This document shows, one piece after another, positions 1 to 7,595 of a stretch of 64,000 nucleotides of DNA. This stretch comes from a virus. Under the pieces are notes generated by a model that saw only the letters and a list, made by a program, of their open reading frames with translations, was not told where the DNA came from and made no database searches. The position numbers and the translations under genes were made by a program. Location of the stretch: the IMG/VR virus record IMGVR_UViG_3300020190_000032, positions 1 through 64,000 of that record; one strand, 5' to 3'. Each line of letters opens with the position of its first letter. The stretch's first letter is position 1.

Positions 1-54
1 CCAATCAGGATTGCTTATCGTTACAAAAGTTCACAAAAAAATAAACACTAAAAA

Positions 55-80
55 GCCCCTGGTACGGATGTACTAGGGGC
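55..80 (-). terminator. Intrinsic terminator for the leftward early genes
   Basis: Minus strand reads GCCCCTAGTAC-ATCC-GTACCAGGGGC followed by a T run, just after the stop of ORF 92..343. Confidence 0.65.
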
Positions 81-91
81 AGTTGGTTATA

Positions 92-343
92 TCAATCTAG
101 GTAGATTCTCGCCTCGTTGTTCAACTCCTGCAAAGTGTAAAGTATACCATAGCGTGTGAACATCTCAAGGATCGATGACTCCTTGTGCTTGTAAAGCACA
201 GTATCAGCAAAGTCGGGAAGATCTTTGAGGGGTGACACTAGCAGCCAGGGAAGACCCCAGTTTATACAATGATAATAATGGAAGTTGTCGCGGGCTTCCT
301 GTAAGGAATCAAGGAAGTTAAGGATCTGGGTTTGGGTTTTCAT
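92..343 (-). CDS. Hypothetical early protein (83 aa)
   Basis: ORF; its leader TCAACACAGACAAACCC-ATG resembles that of the neighbouring gene. Confidence 0.6.
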   Translation of the reverse strand: MKTQTQILNFLDSLQEARDNFHYYHCINWGLPWLLVSPLKDLPDFADTVLYKHKESSILEMFTRYGILYTLQELNNEARIYLD

Positions 344-385
344 GGGTTTGTCTGTGTTGAGTTGTTTAGTGTTAGTGGCGTGTGG

Positions 386-652
386 TTACTGTTGCTTAGG
401 CAGGTGCTTGTTAAGTGTAAACAACTGTTTGTGCCAGTCACCGATAGCGTCAATGCAAGATGCAACCGAGTTAATATCAAGATCCTCGCAGGGAATCATG
501 TCGTTGATTAACATGTTGCATACGTCAAGTAGGGCCATGCGATACCAGAATCGCTGATCTTCGTTGAGGTTGGTGTAGTGGGGGTTTGCTTCAGCCAGTG
601 CTGCCAGGTCATCGGCCTGCGTGATGATGGCTTCGGTGGTGCGGTGGGTCAT
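386..652 (-). CDS. Hypothetical early protein; probable start MTHRTTEAII at 652
   Basis: ORF 386..718; the ATG at 652 carries the shared leader GGGCAAGACCC-ATG with a TATAAT upstream on the minus strand. Confidence 0.6.
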   Translation of the reverse strand: MTHRTTEAIITQADDLAALAEANPHYTNLNEDQRFWYRMALLDVCNMLINDMIPCEDLDINSVASCIDAIGDWHKQLFTLNKHLPKQQ

Positions 653-803
653 GGGTCTTGCCCGTGTTGACTTCTTTATTATAAGGAGTTTATGGCCACC
701 ACTGCGGGCCTGTCGCATCTCGTTACATTAAAGAATGTTACAGCATCACTGGCCACCAATCCGCCTGGGGTGTATGATACAGGGGTAATCAAGGGCAAGA
801 CCC

Positions 804-1037
804 ATGAAAGCATTCCTCCTGGCTTCTGCGTTCTCCTGTGGTGCCGCCTTCGCTGGCGTATGGTATGCGACCAGCCAGGCCACCCCTGCGATTCAAGAGG
901 CGCGGCTCGAGACCCTAGGCGCGTGGTGCGACGCTGGGGAGCCTGAGGCTTGCCGCTTGCTTGCAGCCGAGACCCGTGGTCAGTGCGCCGGCCCCGAGGG
1001 CAGTGGCTGCCAGTACAGCAGTACTAGCATGAGATAA
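804..1037 (+). CDS. Hypothetical exported or membrane protein with Cys-rich C-terminus
   Basis: Signal-peptide-like N-terminus MKAFLLASAFSCGAAFAG; same 14-nt leader as the divergent gene. Confidence 0.6.
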   Translation: MKAFLLASAFSCGAAFAGVWYATSQATPAIQEARLETLGAWCDAGEPEACRLLAAETRGQCAGPEGSGCQYSSTSMR

Positions 1038-1280
1038 GGTAATCTTTCGGGGAGTACATTTATACTCCCCCACCCCGATTTTTCACACTCGACTCCTTGA
1101 CTGACCCCTCTAAAAATCTCGCAAAATTTCTGAAACCGAAGATGCCACTTTTAAGATTGACCACCCGATTTTTGATTATTGTATTTATGGTGATGATGTT
1201 TGATAGTGCGGTGGAGGCTGGACGGGAGAAGGGGGAGCAGAAGTGGAGGAGTTGTTGGGTGACGAGTGGAGTGAAGAGGG

Positions 1281-1490
1281 TTAGGGTGAGGTGTTAGAGA
1301 GGTGATGGAGGGTGATAAGGATATAGGAGAGGATTGGGAGGCCTACGAGAGCGGAGGAGATAGCGATACGGAGTTCATGATGACGAATACGGGTGTCAAT
1401 TTGTTGAATAATCCAGGAGTGAGAGGGAGTAGGCCAAGGGGATGAGGGGTAAGAAGGTTCTGTGCGACGGGATTGAGGGTTAGATGTCAT
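1281..1490 (-). CDS. Hypothetical small membrane protein
   Basis: IRHHELRIAISSALVGLPIL hydrophobic C-terminus; start overlaps the stop of 1487..1684. Confidence 0.55.
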   Translation of the reverse strand: MTSNPQSRRTEPSYPSSPWPTPSHSWIIQQIDTRIRHHELRIAISSALVGLPILSYILITLHHLSNTSP

Positions 1491-1684
1491 GATGAGGGGG
1501 AGATAGAGCGAAAGTAATCGCGTTGTTGAGGGGAGAGGAGGGGGAGGAGTTTAAGGAGTAATTTTTTAGAGGTATCAAAGCCGAGCGCATGATACATTTG
1601 TTGAAGTATTTGTGTTATAGCGATTGGTGATTTTGAGTGAATTGAGAGGATAAGGGATAAGGGGAGGAGGATATTAAGTGGCAT
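1487..1684 (-). CDS. Hypothetical protein
   Basis: ORF coupled to 1281..1490. Confidence 0.45.
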   Translation of the reverse strand: MPLNILLPLSLILSIHSKSPIAITQILQQMYHALGFDTSKKLLLKLLPLLSPQQRDYFRSISPSS

Positions 1685-1795
1685 GGTGGATTAATATAAT
1701 AATGTACCATTTTAACAATATTTTTAGGAAAACTATAGGTTAACGAAGAGAGAAAGTAATAAACTGGGAATACTAGGTGAGATTTAAGGTGTATT

Positions 1796-2200
1796 GTGGC
1801 TGTATTAGATGTAAGTAAGGGGTGGGTTGCGGGAGATGTTGAGAGAATTTTAATTGCGATTGGTGTATGGGTGAGTCCTTATACGATTACTGAGGCGACT
1901 GTTTGTTGTAATCAATTAGGTGCTAATAGTCCGACGTTAGTTGCGAAGGTAAGGGGATTATTAGGGGAGTTTGATGTTGCTGTTGCGAAGCAGAAGGAGG
2001 CGAATGTTGGGCAGGATACGGGTCGTGTACTTCGTAAAGCGGATGTTTTGGAGTGGGATACGGAGAATAGTGGGACACCATATGATGGTGCATTAAGAGA
2101 GAGGGCAAGAATTGTGAATGATTTAACGACAATTTTTGGATCCTGCCCTATTTTAATGCAGAAGGGTACGGATTCAGTTGTTGCTCTTTATCGATCATGA
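1796..2200 (+). CDS. Putative virion protein, possibly head-tail adaptor
   Basis: 134-aa ORF with LRKADVLEWD motif; preceded by late-type motif GGAATACTA at 1767-1775. Confidence 0.5.
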   Translation: MAVLDVSKGWVAGDVERILIAIGVWVSPYTITEATVCCNQLGANSPTLVAKVRGLLGEFDVAVAKQKEANVGQDTGRVLRKADVLEWDTENSGTPYDGALRERARIVNDLTTIFGSCPILMQKGTDSVVALYRS

Positions 2201-2379
2201 CTAAACACCCTGAAGTTAATGGATCTCTAGGCGAATTGATTGAATTTGTTGAACGTCAGGAGACAGTTGACGTTTGGTGTAAGGGATGCGAGATGTTTCG
2301 TAAGGCAAATAGTGCTTATGCGAAATATTTAAAGGGTGAGATCAGCGAATGTAGATTTTGCAGGGAAGACAATGTGTGA
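2197..2379 (+). CDS. Small zinc-finger-like protein
   Basis: CKGC...CRFC; ATGA overlap with upstream gene. Confidence 0.55.
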   Translation: MTKHPEVNGSLGELIEFVERQETVDVWCKGCEMFRKANSAYAKYLKGEISECRFCREDNV

Positions 2380-2491
2380 AATGTTGACTGAGGAGGACTT
2401 AAGGGGATTGATGGAGAGGGTTGAGGATCTTAAGATGAGTGAATTATTTGAGGAGCCTTGTCGTTTTATGGATGACGAGAAAGAAGAATGA
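2372..2491 (+). CDS. Small acidic hypothetical protein (39 aa, not in ORF track)
   Basis: MCEMLTEEDLRGLMERVEDLKMSELFEEPCRFMDDEKEE; overlaps previous stop. Confidence 0.5.
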   Translation: MCEMLTEEDLRGLMERVEDLKMSELFEEPCRFMDDEKEE

Positions 2492-2576
2492 CGTAAATAA
2501 GTTAATAGTTCTTTAAGAATTGAGGTAAACTGTATGAGTCCGAAAGGACTTGTACTTTTTGGTTTTTGTTTATCTC

Positions 2577-3656
2577 ATGACTGCTACTATTGCTCGTCAG
2601 CAACCAGTAAGTCAATGGGAGTCATTTTGTAACTGGGTTACGAGTACTTCAAATCGTCTTTATGTGGGATGGTTTGGGGCTTTAATGATTCCTTGCTTGT
2701 TGGCTGCGACCACTTGCTTTATCCTTGCGTTCGTTGCTGCCCCTCCGGTAGACATCGATGGCATTCGTGAGCCCGTTGCTGGTTCGTTGCTTTATGGCAA
2801 CAATATTATCAGTGGTGCTATTGTACCCAGTAGCAATGCTATTGGTTTACATTTTTATCCAATTTGGGAAGCCTCGACGTTAGAAGAGTGGCTTTATAAT
2901 GGTGGTCCATATCAATTGGTTGTATTTCATTTTCTGATTGGTGTTTTTGCGTATGCTGGTCGGGAATGGGAGCTTAGTTACCGATTGGGTATGCGTCCTT
3001 GGATTTTTGTTGCCTATCTCGCACCCGTTGCTGCTGCTGCTGCAGTGTTCCTTGTGTATCCATTTGGGCAGGGTTCCTTCTCTGATGGTATGCCTCTTGG
3101 CATTTCAGGAACATTTAATTTCATGCTTGTTTTCCAGGCGGAACATAATATCCTCATGCACCCCTTCCATATGCTTGGGGTGGCTGGTGTATTTGGGGGT
3201 TCTTTGTTCTCTGCTATGCATGGATCTTTGGTCACAAGTAGTCTTGTTCGGGAAACGAGTGAGGAAGTAAGTCAAAATTATGGTTATAAGTTTGGCCAAG
3301 AGGAAGAAACCTACAACATTGTTGCAGCACATGGCTACTTCGGACGACTTATTTTCCAGTACGCATCCTTTAACAATAGCCGTAGCCTTCATTTTTTTCT
3401 GGCTGCTTGGCCTGTTATTGGTATTTGGTTCACTAGTCTTGGCGTTGCTACGATGGCCTTTAATCTTAATGGGTTTAATTTTAATCAATCTATTATTGAT
3501 GATCAAGGCCGTGTTATCAACACTTGGGCTGATGTCCTCAACAGAGCAAACTTGGGATTTGAAGTCATGCATGAACGCAATGCACATAACTTCCCCCTCG
3601 ACCTCGCTGCCGTTGATGCAACGAATATTGCTCTTATAGCGCCGAGCGTTGGCTGA
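2577..3656 (+). CDS. psbA: Photosystem II D1 protein
   Basis: [52 protein letters not shown]; TyrZ and Mn ligands intact; Glu at position 130; no intron; start MTATIARQ at 2577. Confidence 0.99.
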   Translation: MTATIARQQPVSQWESFCNWVTSTSNRLYVGWFGALMIPCLLAATTCFILAFVAAPPVDIDGIREPVAGSLLYGNNIISGAIVPSSNAIGLHFYPIWEASTLEEWLYNGGPYQLVVFHFLIGVFAYAGREWELSYRLGMRPWIFVAYLAPVAAAAAVFLVYPFGQGSFSDGMPLGISGTFNFMLVFQAEHNILMHPFHMLGVAGVFGGSLFSAMHGSLVTSSLVRETSEEVSQNYGYKFGQEEETYNIVAAHGYFGRLIFQYASFNNSRSLHFFLAAWPVIGIWFTSLGVATMAFNLNGFNFNQSIIDDQGRVINTWADVLNRANLGFEVMHERNAHNFPLDLAAVDATNIALIAPSVG

Positions 3657-3687
3657 TTGACTTTAGGATAACAGCAAGCTTATGATG

Positions 3688-3712
3688 GAGGGGTCCTCAC
3701 CCCTCTTTTTTT
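3688..3712 (+). terminator. Intrinsic terminator after psbA
   Basis: GAGGGG-TCCTCA-CCCCTC followed by T7. Confidence 0.75.
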
Positions 3713-4048
3713 ATGGCTTCAATTGAGAGCAGTGTACTTGATCTCGCTTGGGACACAGTACTAGACAGCATTGAATTGCCTTCAACGCAGATGCTTTTGC
3801 GTCAGCAAGGCAAAATTGAGTCAATCAAGGGCAACAGTGTGACAATTTCTGTTACTTCAGAATGGATTACCTTTTTAGAAAGCGGGAAAGAGATATTAGA
3901 ATCAGCGTTTAAAGAAGTATTTTCTTTTAAGGCTGAAATAACTGTTGTCAGGGCTGAGATGGAGCCTTTTAGGCGAGCAAAAGGCCGCATTTCTCGGATT
4001 TTATTAAATAAAAAGTCTAATTATTTACAAAGGTCTGGTCGGGATTGA
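3713..4048 (+). CDS. Stand-alone domain resembling the C-terminal domain of cyanobacterial DNA Pol III gamma/tau (DnaX)
   Basis: WDTVLDSIELPSTQMLLRQQ...VTISVTSEW resembles the picocyanobacterial DnaX segment recalled as WQQILxSLELPSTRMLLSQQ...AVVQVAGNW; TTGACT-18-TATGAT upstream (3657-3686). Confidence 0.65.
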   Translation: MASIESSVLDLAWDTVLDSIELPSTQMLLRQQGKIESIKGNSVTISVTSEWITFLESGKEILESAFKEVFSFKAEITVVRAEMEPFRRAKGRISRILLNKKSNYLQRSGRD

Positions 4049-4071
4049 CATCTTCTCAATCAACAATAAGT

Positions 4072-4270
4072 AGTCATTGATACTCATCGTTGAAGATTCA
4101 AGGAGGCGTGTGATGACGGTGCGTTTATCGTCATCGCATAGCTCTCCTGTTGATGTCCATGCAAGGCATGCGGGATTGGGGTCTTCGGGCTGATGCATGA
4201 GTCCTTCGGTTGATGCCCCACGTTAGGACATGACCACAGGCTCGCAAGGTTTCCTTTGGGATCATTTCCA
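4072..4270 (+). ncRNA. Candidate structured non-coding RNA of unknown family
   Basis: About 350-nt gap without a convincing ORF; long hairpin 4101-4148 whose G-U pairs favour the plus strand; multi-stem domain 4153-4231; TTGACA at 4045-4050. Confidence 0.5.
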
Positions 4271-4343
4271 TTTTTGAAAGATTTAATATTTTAATGGGTT
4301 GCCAACGGTGATAAAGGAGATATTGTTGATGCGGGGACGAGGG

Positions 4344-4370
4344 ACCACCAGTGGGCGCTGGTGGTTTTTT
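4344..4370 (+). terminator. Intrinsic terminator
   Basis: ACCACCAGT-GGGC-GCTGGTGGT followed by a T run. Confidence 0.7.
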
Positions 4371-4408
4371 ATTAAAGCCCTATAAACTGATTTAGTTACA
4401 AAAAGCCA

Positions 4409-4609
4409 ATGGCGAGACCAGATTCCGACGGATCCTCTGGTGGACTTGATTTTTTGGGGTTATTAACAATTCTATTTATTGGCCTCAAACTTGGTAATGT
4501 GATTCACTGGCCATGGGTCTGGGTTTTGTCACCCATCTGGATCTCGATGAGTATTTGGCTGATTGCTCTTGTTGTTGTTTGTGTTATTGTTTGTTGGAGT
4601 GCCAAATGA
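4409..4609 (+). CDS. Small two-helix membrane protein
   Basis: LLTILFIGLKLGNVIHWPWVWVLSPIWI, a common phage membrane-protein pattern. Confidence 0.75.
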   Translation: MARPDSDGSSGGLDFLGLLTILFIGLKLGNVIHWPWVWVLSPIWISMSIWLIALVVVCVIVCWSAK

Positions 4610-4785
4610 ACCAGCTTTCTGTTCCTGCTCAGCGTGTCCTAGAGGCAGCCATGCAATATGAGATCAACCCTGAGTGCTATTCGCGGGAAATCGCTGCGGT
4701 GACGCTACGGGCAATGGCTCTGCATTGCAGACGGGATACGCTTTTGTTGCTGTCTGTTGCTGATGAATTAGAGAGCAATGCCTGA
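4606..4785 (+). CDS. Hypothetical protein (MNQLSVPAQRVLEAA...)
   Basis: ATG at 4606 overlaps the previous stop (ATGA). Confidence 0.6.
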   Translation: MNQLSVPAQRVLEAAMQYEINPECYSREIAAVTLRAMALHCRRDTLLLLSVADELESNA

Positions 4786-4842
4786 AGCGCTTGTTGCTAT
4801 TACTATTCTCATTTGCCTGACTTACATTCTTACGAAAGACTA

Positions 4843-5208
4843 ATGAGTAACGACAAATTGGTGTTCATTTACACCACTCAAGACAACAAGATCAAAGAAA
4901 TCGAAGATTCTTTTTGTGATTTCAAGTTTGAATTAGAGCTTGATCCATCGGACATGTCAACCCATCAACTATTTGAAGCCTTTTCAAGGGTGCTTGCGGC
5001 GATGGATTATAATGAGTACTCAATCATGAAAGGCGCGTGTAATTTAGTATTCAATGAAATGCGTGACATGGAGCAAATGAATAAACTTATTGACGAATAT
5101 GATTTACTGGATATCCCAAAAGAGGCAGAGCAGCAACGGGAGCGTAGAAAAATGTATAAAGATGTAAACTATAGTAGTAAGGATAACGACGATTATGAAC
5201 CAAGTTGA
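4843..5208 (+). CDS. Hypothetical acidic protein
   Basis: ORF 4813..5208, probable ATG at 4843; part of an overlapping gene run. Confidence 0.65.
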   Translation: MSNDKLVFIYTTQDNKIKEIEDSFCDFKFELELDPSDMSTHQLFEAFSRVLAAMDYNEYSIMKGACNLVFNEMRDMEQMNKLIDEYDLLDIPKEAEQQRERRKMYKDVNYSSKDNDDYEPS

Positions 5209-5521
5209 TTATTTAGTTTATCATTGCATCCCTACAGGTTGGCAGACCATTGGGTCTGCTTTTCGTATGTGGAAAGATTTGATGATTGGTAATTACGCTG
5301 ATTATGCATTATTGAAGAATGATGATCCGTTTGAAGAGTGTAGAGATTGGTTTTGGGCGACACTTGGCGCTGATGAAGTGTTACCTAAAGCCTTTCTTGA
5401 GGATCTTCAGCAGATGATTGAACGAATCGAAAACGGTAGCGAGGTTTTAGTTGAGATGAATATTGATAGGATTGTAGAACTTGACAAAATCCTAGAGGAA
5501 TTCAACGATGGGGATGTTTGA
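5195..5521 (+). CDS. Hypothetical protein
   Basis: ORF overlapping both neighbours. Confidence 0.65.
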   Translation: MNQVDYLVYHCIPTGWQTIGSAFRMWKDLMIGNYADYALLKNDDPFEECRDWFWATLGADEVLPKAFLEDLQQMIERIENGSEVLVEMNIDRIVELDKILEEFNDGDV

Positions 5522-5912
5522 TTATTTTCGGTCTTCTTATGACCTTGGTGAGGGTTTTACTAATGTTTCCTGTCAGACCAAAGACATGGAGGCTTGTATC
5601 GGAGGGACGATGAGCCATTATTGGCTTTCACCGGCCGGCCATTTGTATTTAATGAGTTATAGAGGGACTCATAATTTTGAAATTATAGAGGAAGGGGATC
5701 CAGAGTATAACGATAGTCGTCAATTTTTAAATTATCGATGGGTTCCCACGGGGCAACATGGGAAAGTTGAGCCATATCATATAACTGCCTACGTTGAGAT
5801 TTATCCAGAAACTTGGGAGGGTGAGTGGGATGATTGGCCCAGGATGAAATTACACTTTAAAAGTGGTAAGCTGATTGAGTACAGTCGCTGCAAGCGTGGT
5901 GAAAATTTTTAA
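5508..5912 (+). CDS. Conserved phage hypothetical protein (MGMFD...QTKD type)
   Basis: MGMFDY and CQTKDME motifs typical of a widespread phage family. Confidence 0.7.
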   Translation: MGMFDYFRSSYDLGEGFTNVSCQTKDMEACIGGTMSHYWLSPAGHLYLMSYRGTHNFEIIEEGDPEYNDSRQFLNYRWVPTGQHGKVEPYHITAYVEIYPETWEGEWDDWPRMKLHFKSGKLIEYSRCKRGENF

Positions 5913-6141
5913 GTATGATCACCTGAGAGACTTTGGTGATGATTATCATTTTAGGTTCATTACTGTAGGCAAATATACCTTATTTAATGTAATTTTAAGC
6001 TGGTCCGACTACGGCGGGTGGCCTTATTTTCAAGTTTCTGGTGGACTTGGGTATGGCTCTTTGCTGATGGCGCTGTTTTCTTTTGGAAAGGCAGCAATTG
6101 AAGTCAGACTTTTGGATGAAGATTACCGGGTTAAACATTAA
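5875..6141 (+). CDS. Hypothetical protein (start uncertain, possibly GTG at about 5899)
   Basis: ORF continuing the overlapping run. Confidence 0.5.
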   Translation: MSTVAASVVKIFKYDHLRDFGDDYHFRFITVGKYTLFNVILSWSDYGGWPYFQVSGGLGYGSLLMALFSFGKAAIEVRLLDEDYRVKH

Positions 6142-6244
6142 GAAAATATAAAGCTGGTCTTAAGTGGACTGTCAGGGACTGCTGAGAAGCCCTTGGCTTG
6201 GCTGCCATGCAAGGTATATTAAGGTCTCATTCATCTTTGGATAG

Positions 6245-6640
6245 GTGCCAACTCCACGCGGTCCCCACAAACTGGCCAACACCAGGAGGCTGGTTGGTAA
6301 GGAGATTTTGCGTCACGTCCCATCATTTTACTTTGAAGGGGACGGAACAACGCCTGTTACTCAAGCGAGAGTAGAGGTTCGCCAGAATGAAATTACAGCT
6401 CCAGCCTTGATTTCGATAAGAAGAAACGAGTTAGCCGTGGATCATTTCTACCTGTCGAGCCAGGGAATGTTCGGCGTGGACTATGTTGAGTATAATTACC
6501 GCAGTTTTGCTGAATTAACCAGACTTCAGCGGCAATTATTTGAAAAGGGTGAGTTCAGGTGCGACCCTGACCAGCGTTTCCTGGTTTCTTTAGCGAATCA
6601 TGAGTATGAAGCTTACAAACCCGAGTATGCTTTTGTATAG
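6245..6640 (+). CDS. Hypothetical protein
   Basis: 131-aa ORF with its own intergenic leader. Confidence 0.6.
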   Translation: MPTPRGPHKLANTRRLVGKEILRHVPSFYFEGDGTTPVTQARVEVRQNEITAPALISIRRNELAVDHFYLSSQGMFGVDYVEYNYRSFAELTRLQRQLFEKGEFRCDPDQRFLVSLANHEYEAYKPEYAFV

Positions 6641-6833
6641 ATTAATACATATTTTCGTTTTTTCCGATAATATAACCCATGATCATGCCGCACATTAGGG
6701 CGATGGTCATATAGAGGCAGGTTGCTGCGAAGTCAATAAGCATCGAGAACTCTTCTTGTGACATGATTTTGATCTTTTTACTATTATACAACTTAGATCA
6801 TAGGGCTAGAATGGCATATGTTATGGGTTCAAA

Positions 6834-7064
6834 ATGAAAATGAAAAAGCTTGATTATGGTCTTGGATTGCTTACAGGCTTTGCTCTTGGAAGTCTTTTCC
6901 TTCTGTTCCCATCCTTCTTGGAGGCTTTCAAACCACCCCAGAAAGGGGTGGAGTCGCCCCGTTTTGAAGTGGTTGATAATTACAAGGGATGCGATATCGT
7001 CCGTTGGGAACCTTCGGGTTATGCTGAGTATAAATTTTTTCTCGATTGCAGGAGTCTAAAATAA
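6834..7064 (+). CDS. Small membrane-anchored protein
   Basis: N-terminal hydrophobic helix, then FEVVDNYKGCDIVRW...FLDC. Confidence 0.65.
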   Translation: MKMKKLDYGLGLLTGFALGSLFLLFPSFLEAFKPPQKGVESPRFEVVDNYKGCDIVRWEPSGYAEYKFFLDCRSLK

Positions 7065-7066
7065 CA

Positions 7067-7267
7067 ATGCAAGTAGTAGAAACTGAAGATGGGTTCGAAA
7101 TTTCTTGGGACCCAAACGACCCAGTTGAACGTGCCCTTAACGACTGGACTGAGCAAGATTTTTTGCAAATCATACTAAAAGAAGCTGAAAGAGTGCTGGC
7201 AAAACATGAAATTGCACAAAATGGTTCAGATGAGAACACTTTTGAGAAAGTCTTTATGGCAAAATAG
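7067..7267 (+). CDS. Small acidic protein, paralogue of 57044..57214
   Basis: MQVVETEDGFEISWDPNDP...WTEQDF. Confidence 0.6.
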   Translation: MQVVETEDGFEISWDPNDPVERALNDWTEQDFLQIILKEAERVLAKHEIAQNGSDENTFEKVFMAK

Positions 7268-7271
7268 GACA

Positions 7272-7376
7272 CGTTCATTCGCTGTTTTTGAATAGCGAAC
7301 GGAAGTAAGCCGACTTTTACTCGTATTCTTGATAAACGCTATTTATCAAGAATCCTGATAGCCGACTGAAGGAACG
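7272..7376 (+). promoter_or_regulatory. Glutamine riboswitch (glnA / Downstream-peptide class) with enlarged P3
   Basis: P1 CGTTC(7272-76)/GAACG(7372-76), P2 TTCGCTGTT/AATAGCGAA, junction CGGAAGTAAG and CTGAAG; lies directly before a YRG-motif DUF4278-type gene, the established context for this class. Confidence 0.8.
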
Positions 7377-7406
7377 CTCTTTAACCCTCGTTAAGGAGAT
7401 TCTGTT

Positions 7407-7595
7407 ATGTCGATTGCGACATATCGCGGTGTCAAGTATGACACTGACGTGCCCAAAAAAGAGTATGAGCAATGGTGGAATAAGATTCACCATGATGCCT
7501 CGCGGCATCTCATGTATCGCGGACGGGATTACCGTCCGTGTCAAACCAGCAAAGTCGTAGCATCTGCTACAATTTCGTTGCTGGAGGAACCATGA
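7407..7595 (+). CDS. DUF4278-type protein
   Basis: ATYRGVKYD and LMYRGRDY motifs; SD AAGGAG upstream. Confidence 0.8.
   Translation: MSIATYRGVKYDTDVPKKEYEQWWNKIHHDASRHLMYRGRDYRPCQTSKVVASATISLLEEP

Noticed and set aside
1277-1286. Telomere-like GGGTTAGGG
   Set aside because: Single occurrence explained by the local G-rich skew
2530-2555. Hammerhead-ribozyme-like string CTGTATGAGTCCGAAAGGAC
   Set aside because: The core would need CTGATGA and GAAA after stem II; here there is an extra T and the stem is followed by TTGTAC, giving a simple hairpin
2550-2576. TTG start extending psbA
   Set aside because: D1 begins at MTATIARQ (2577); the extension lies in the hairpin and T tract
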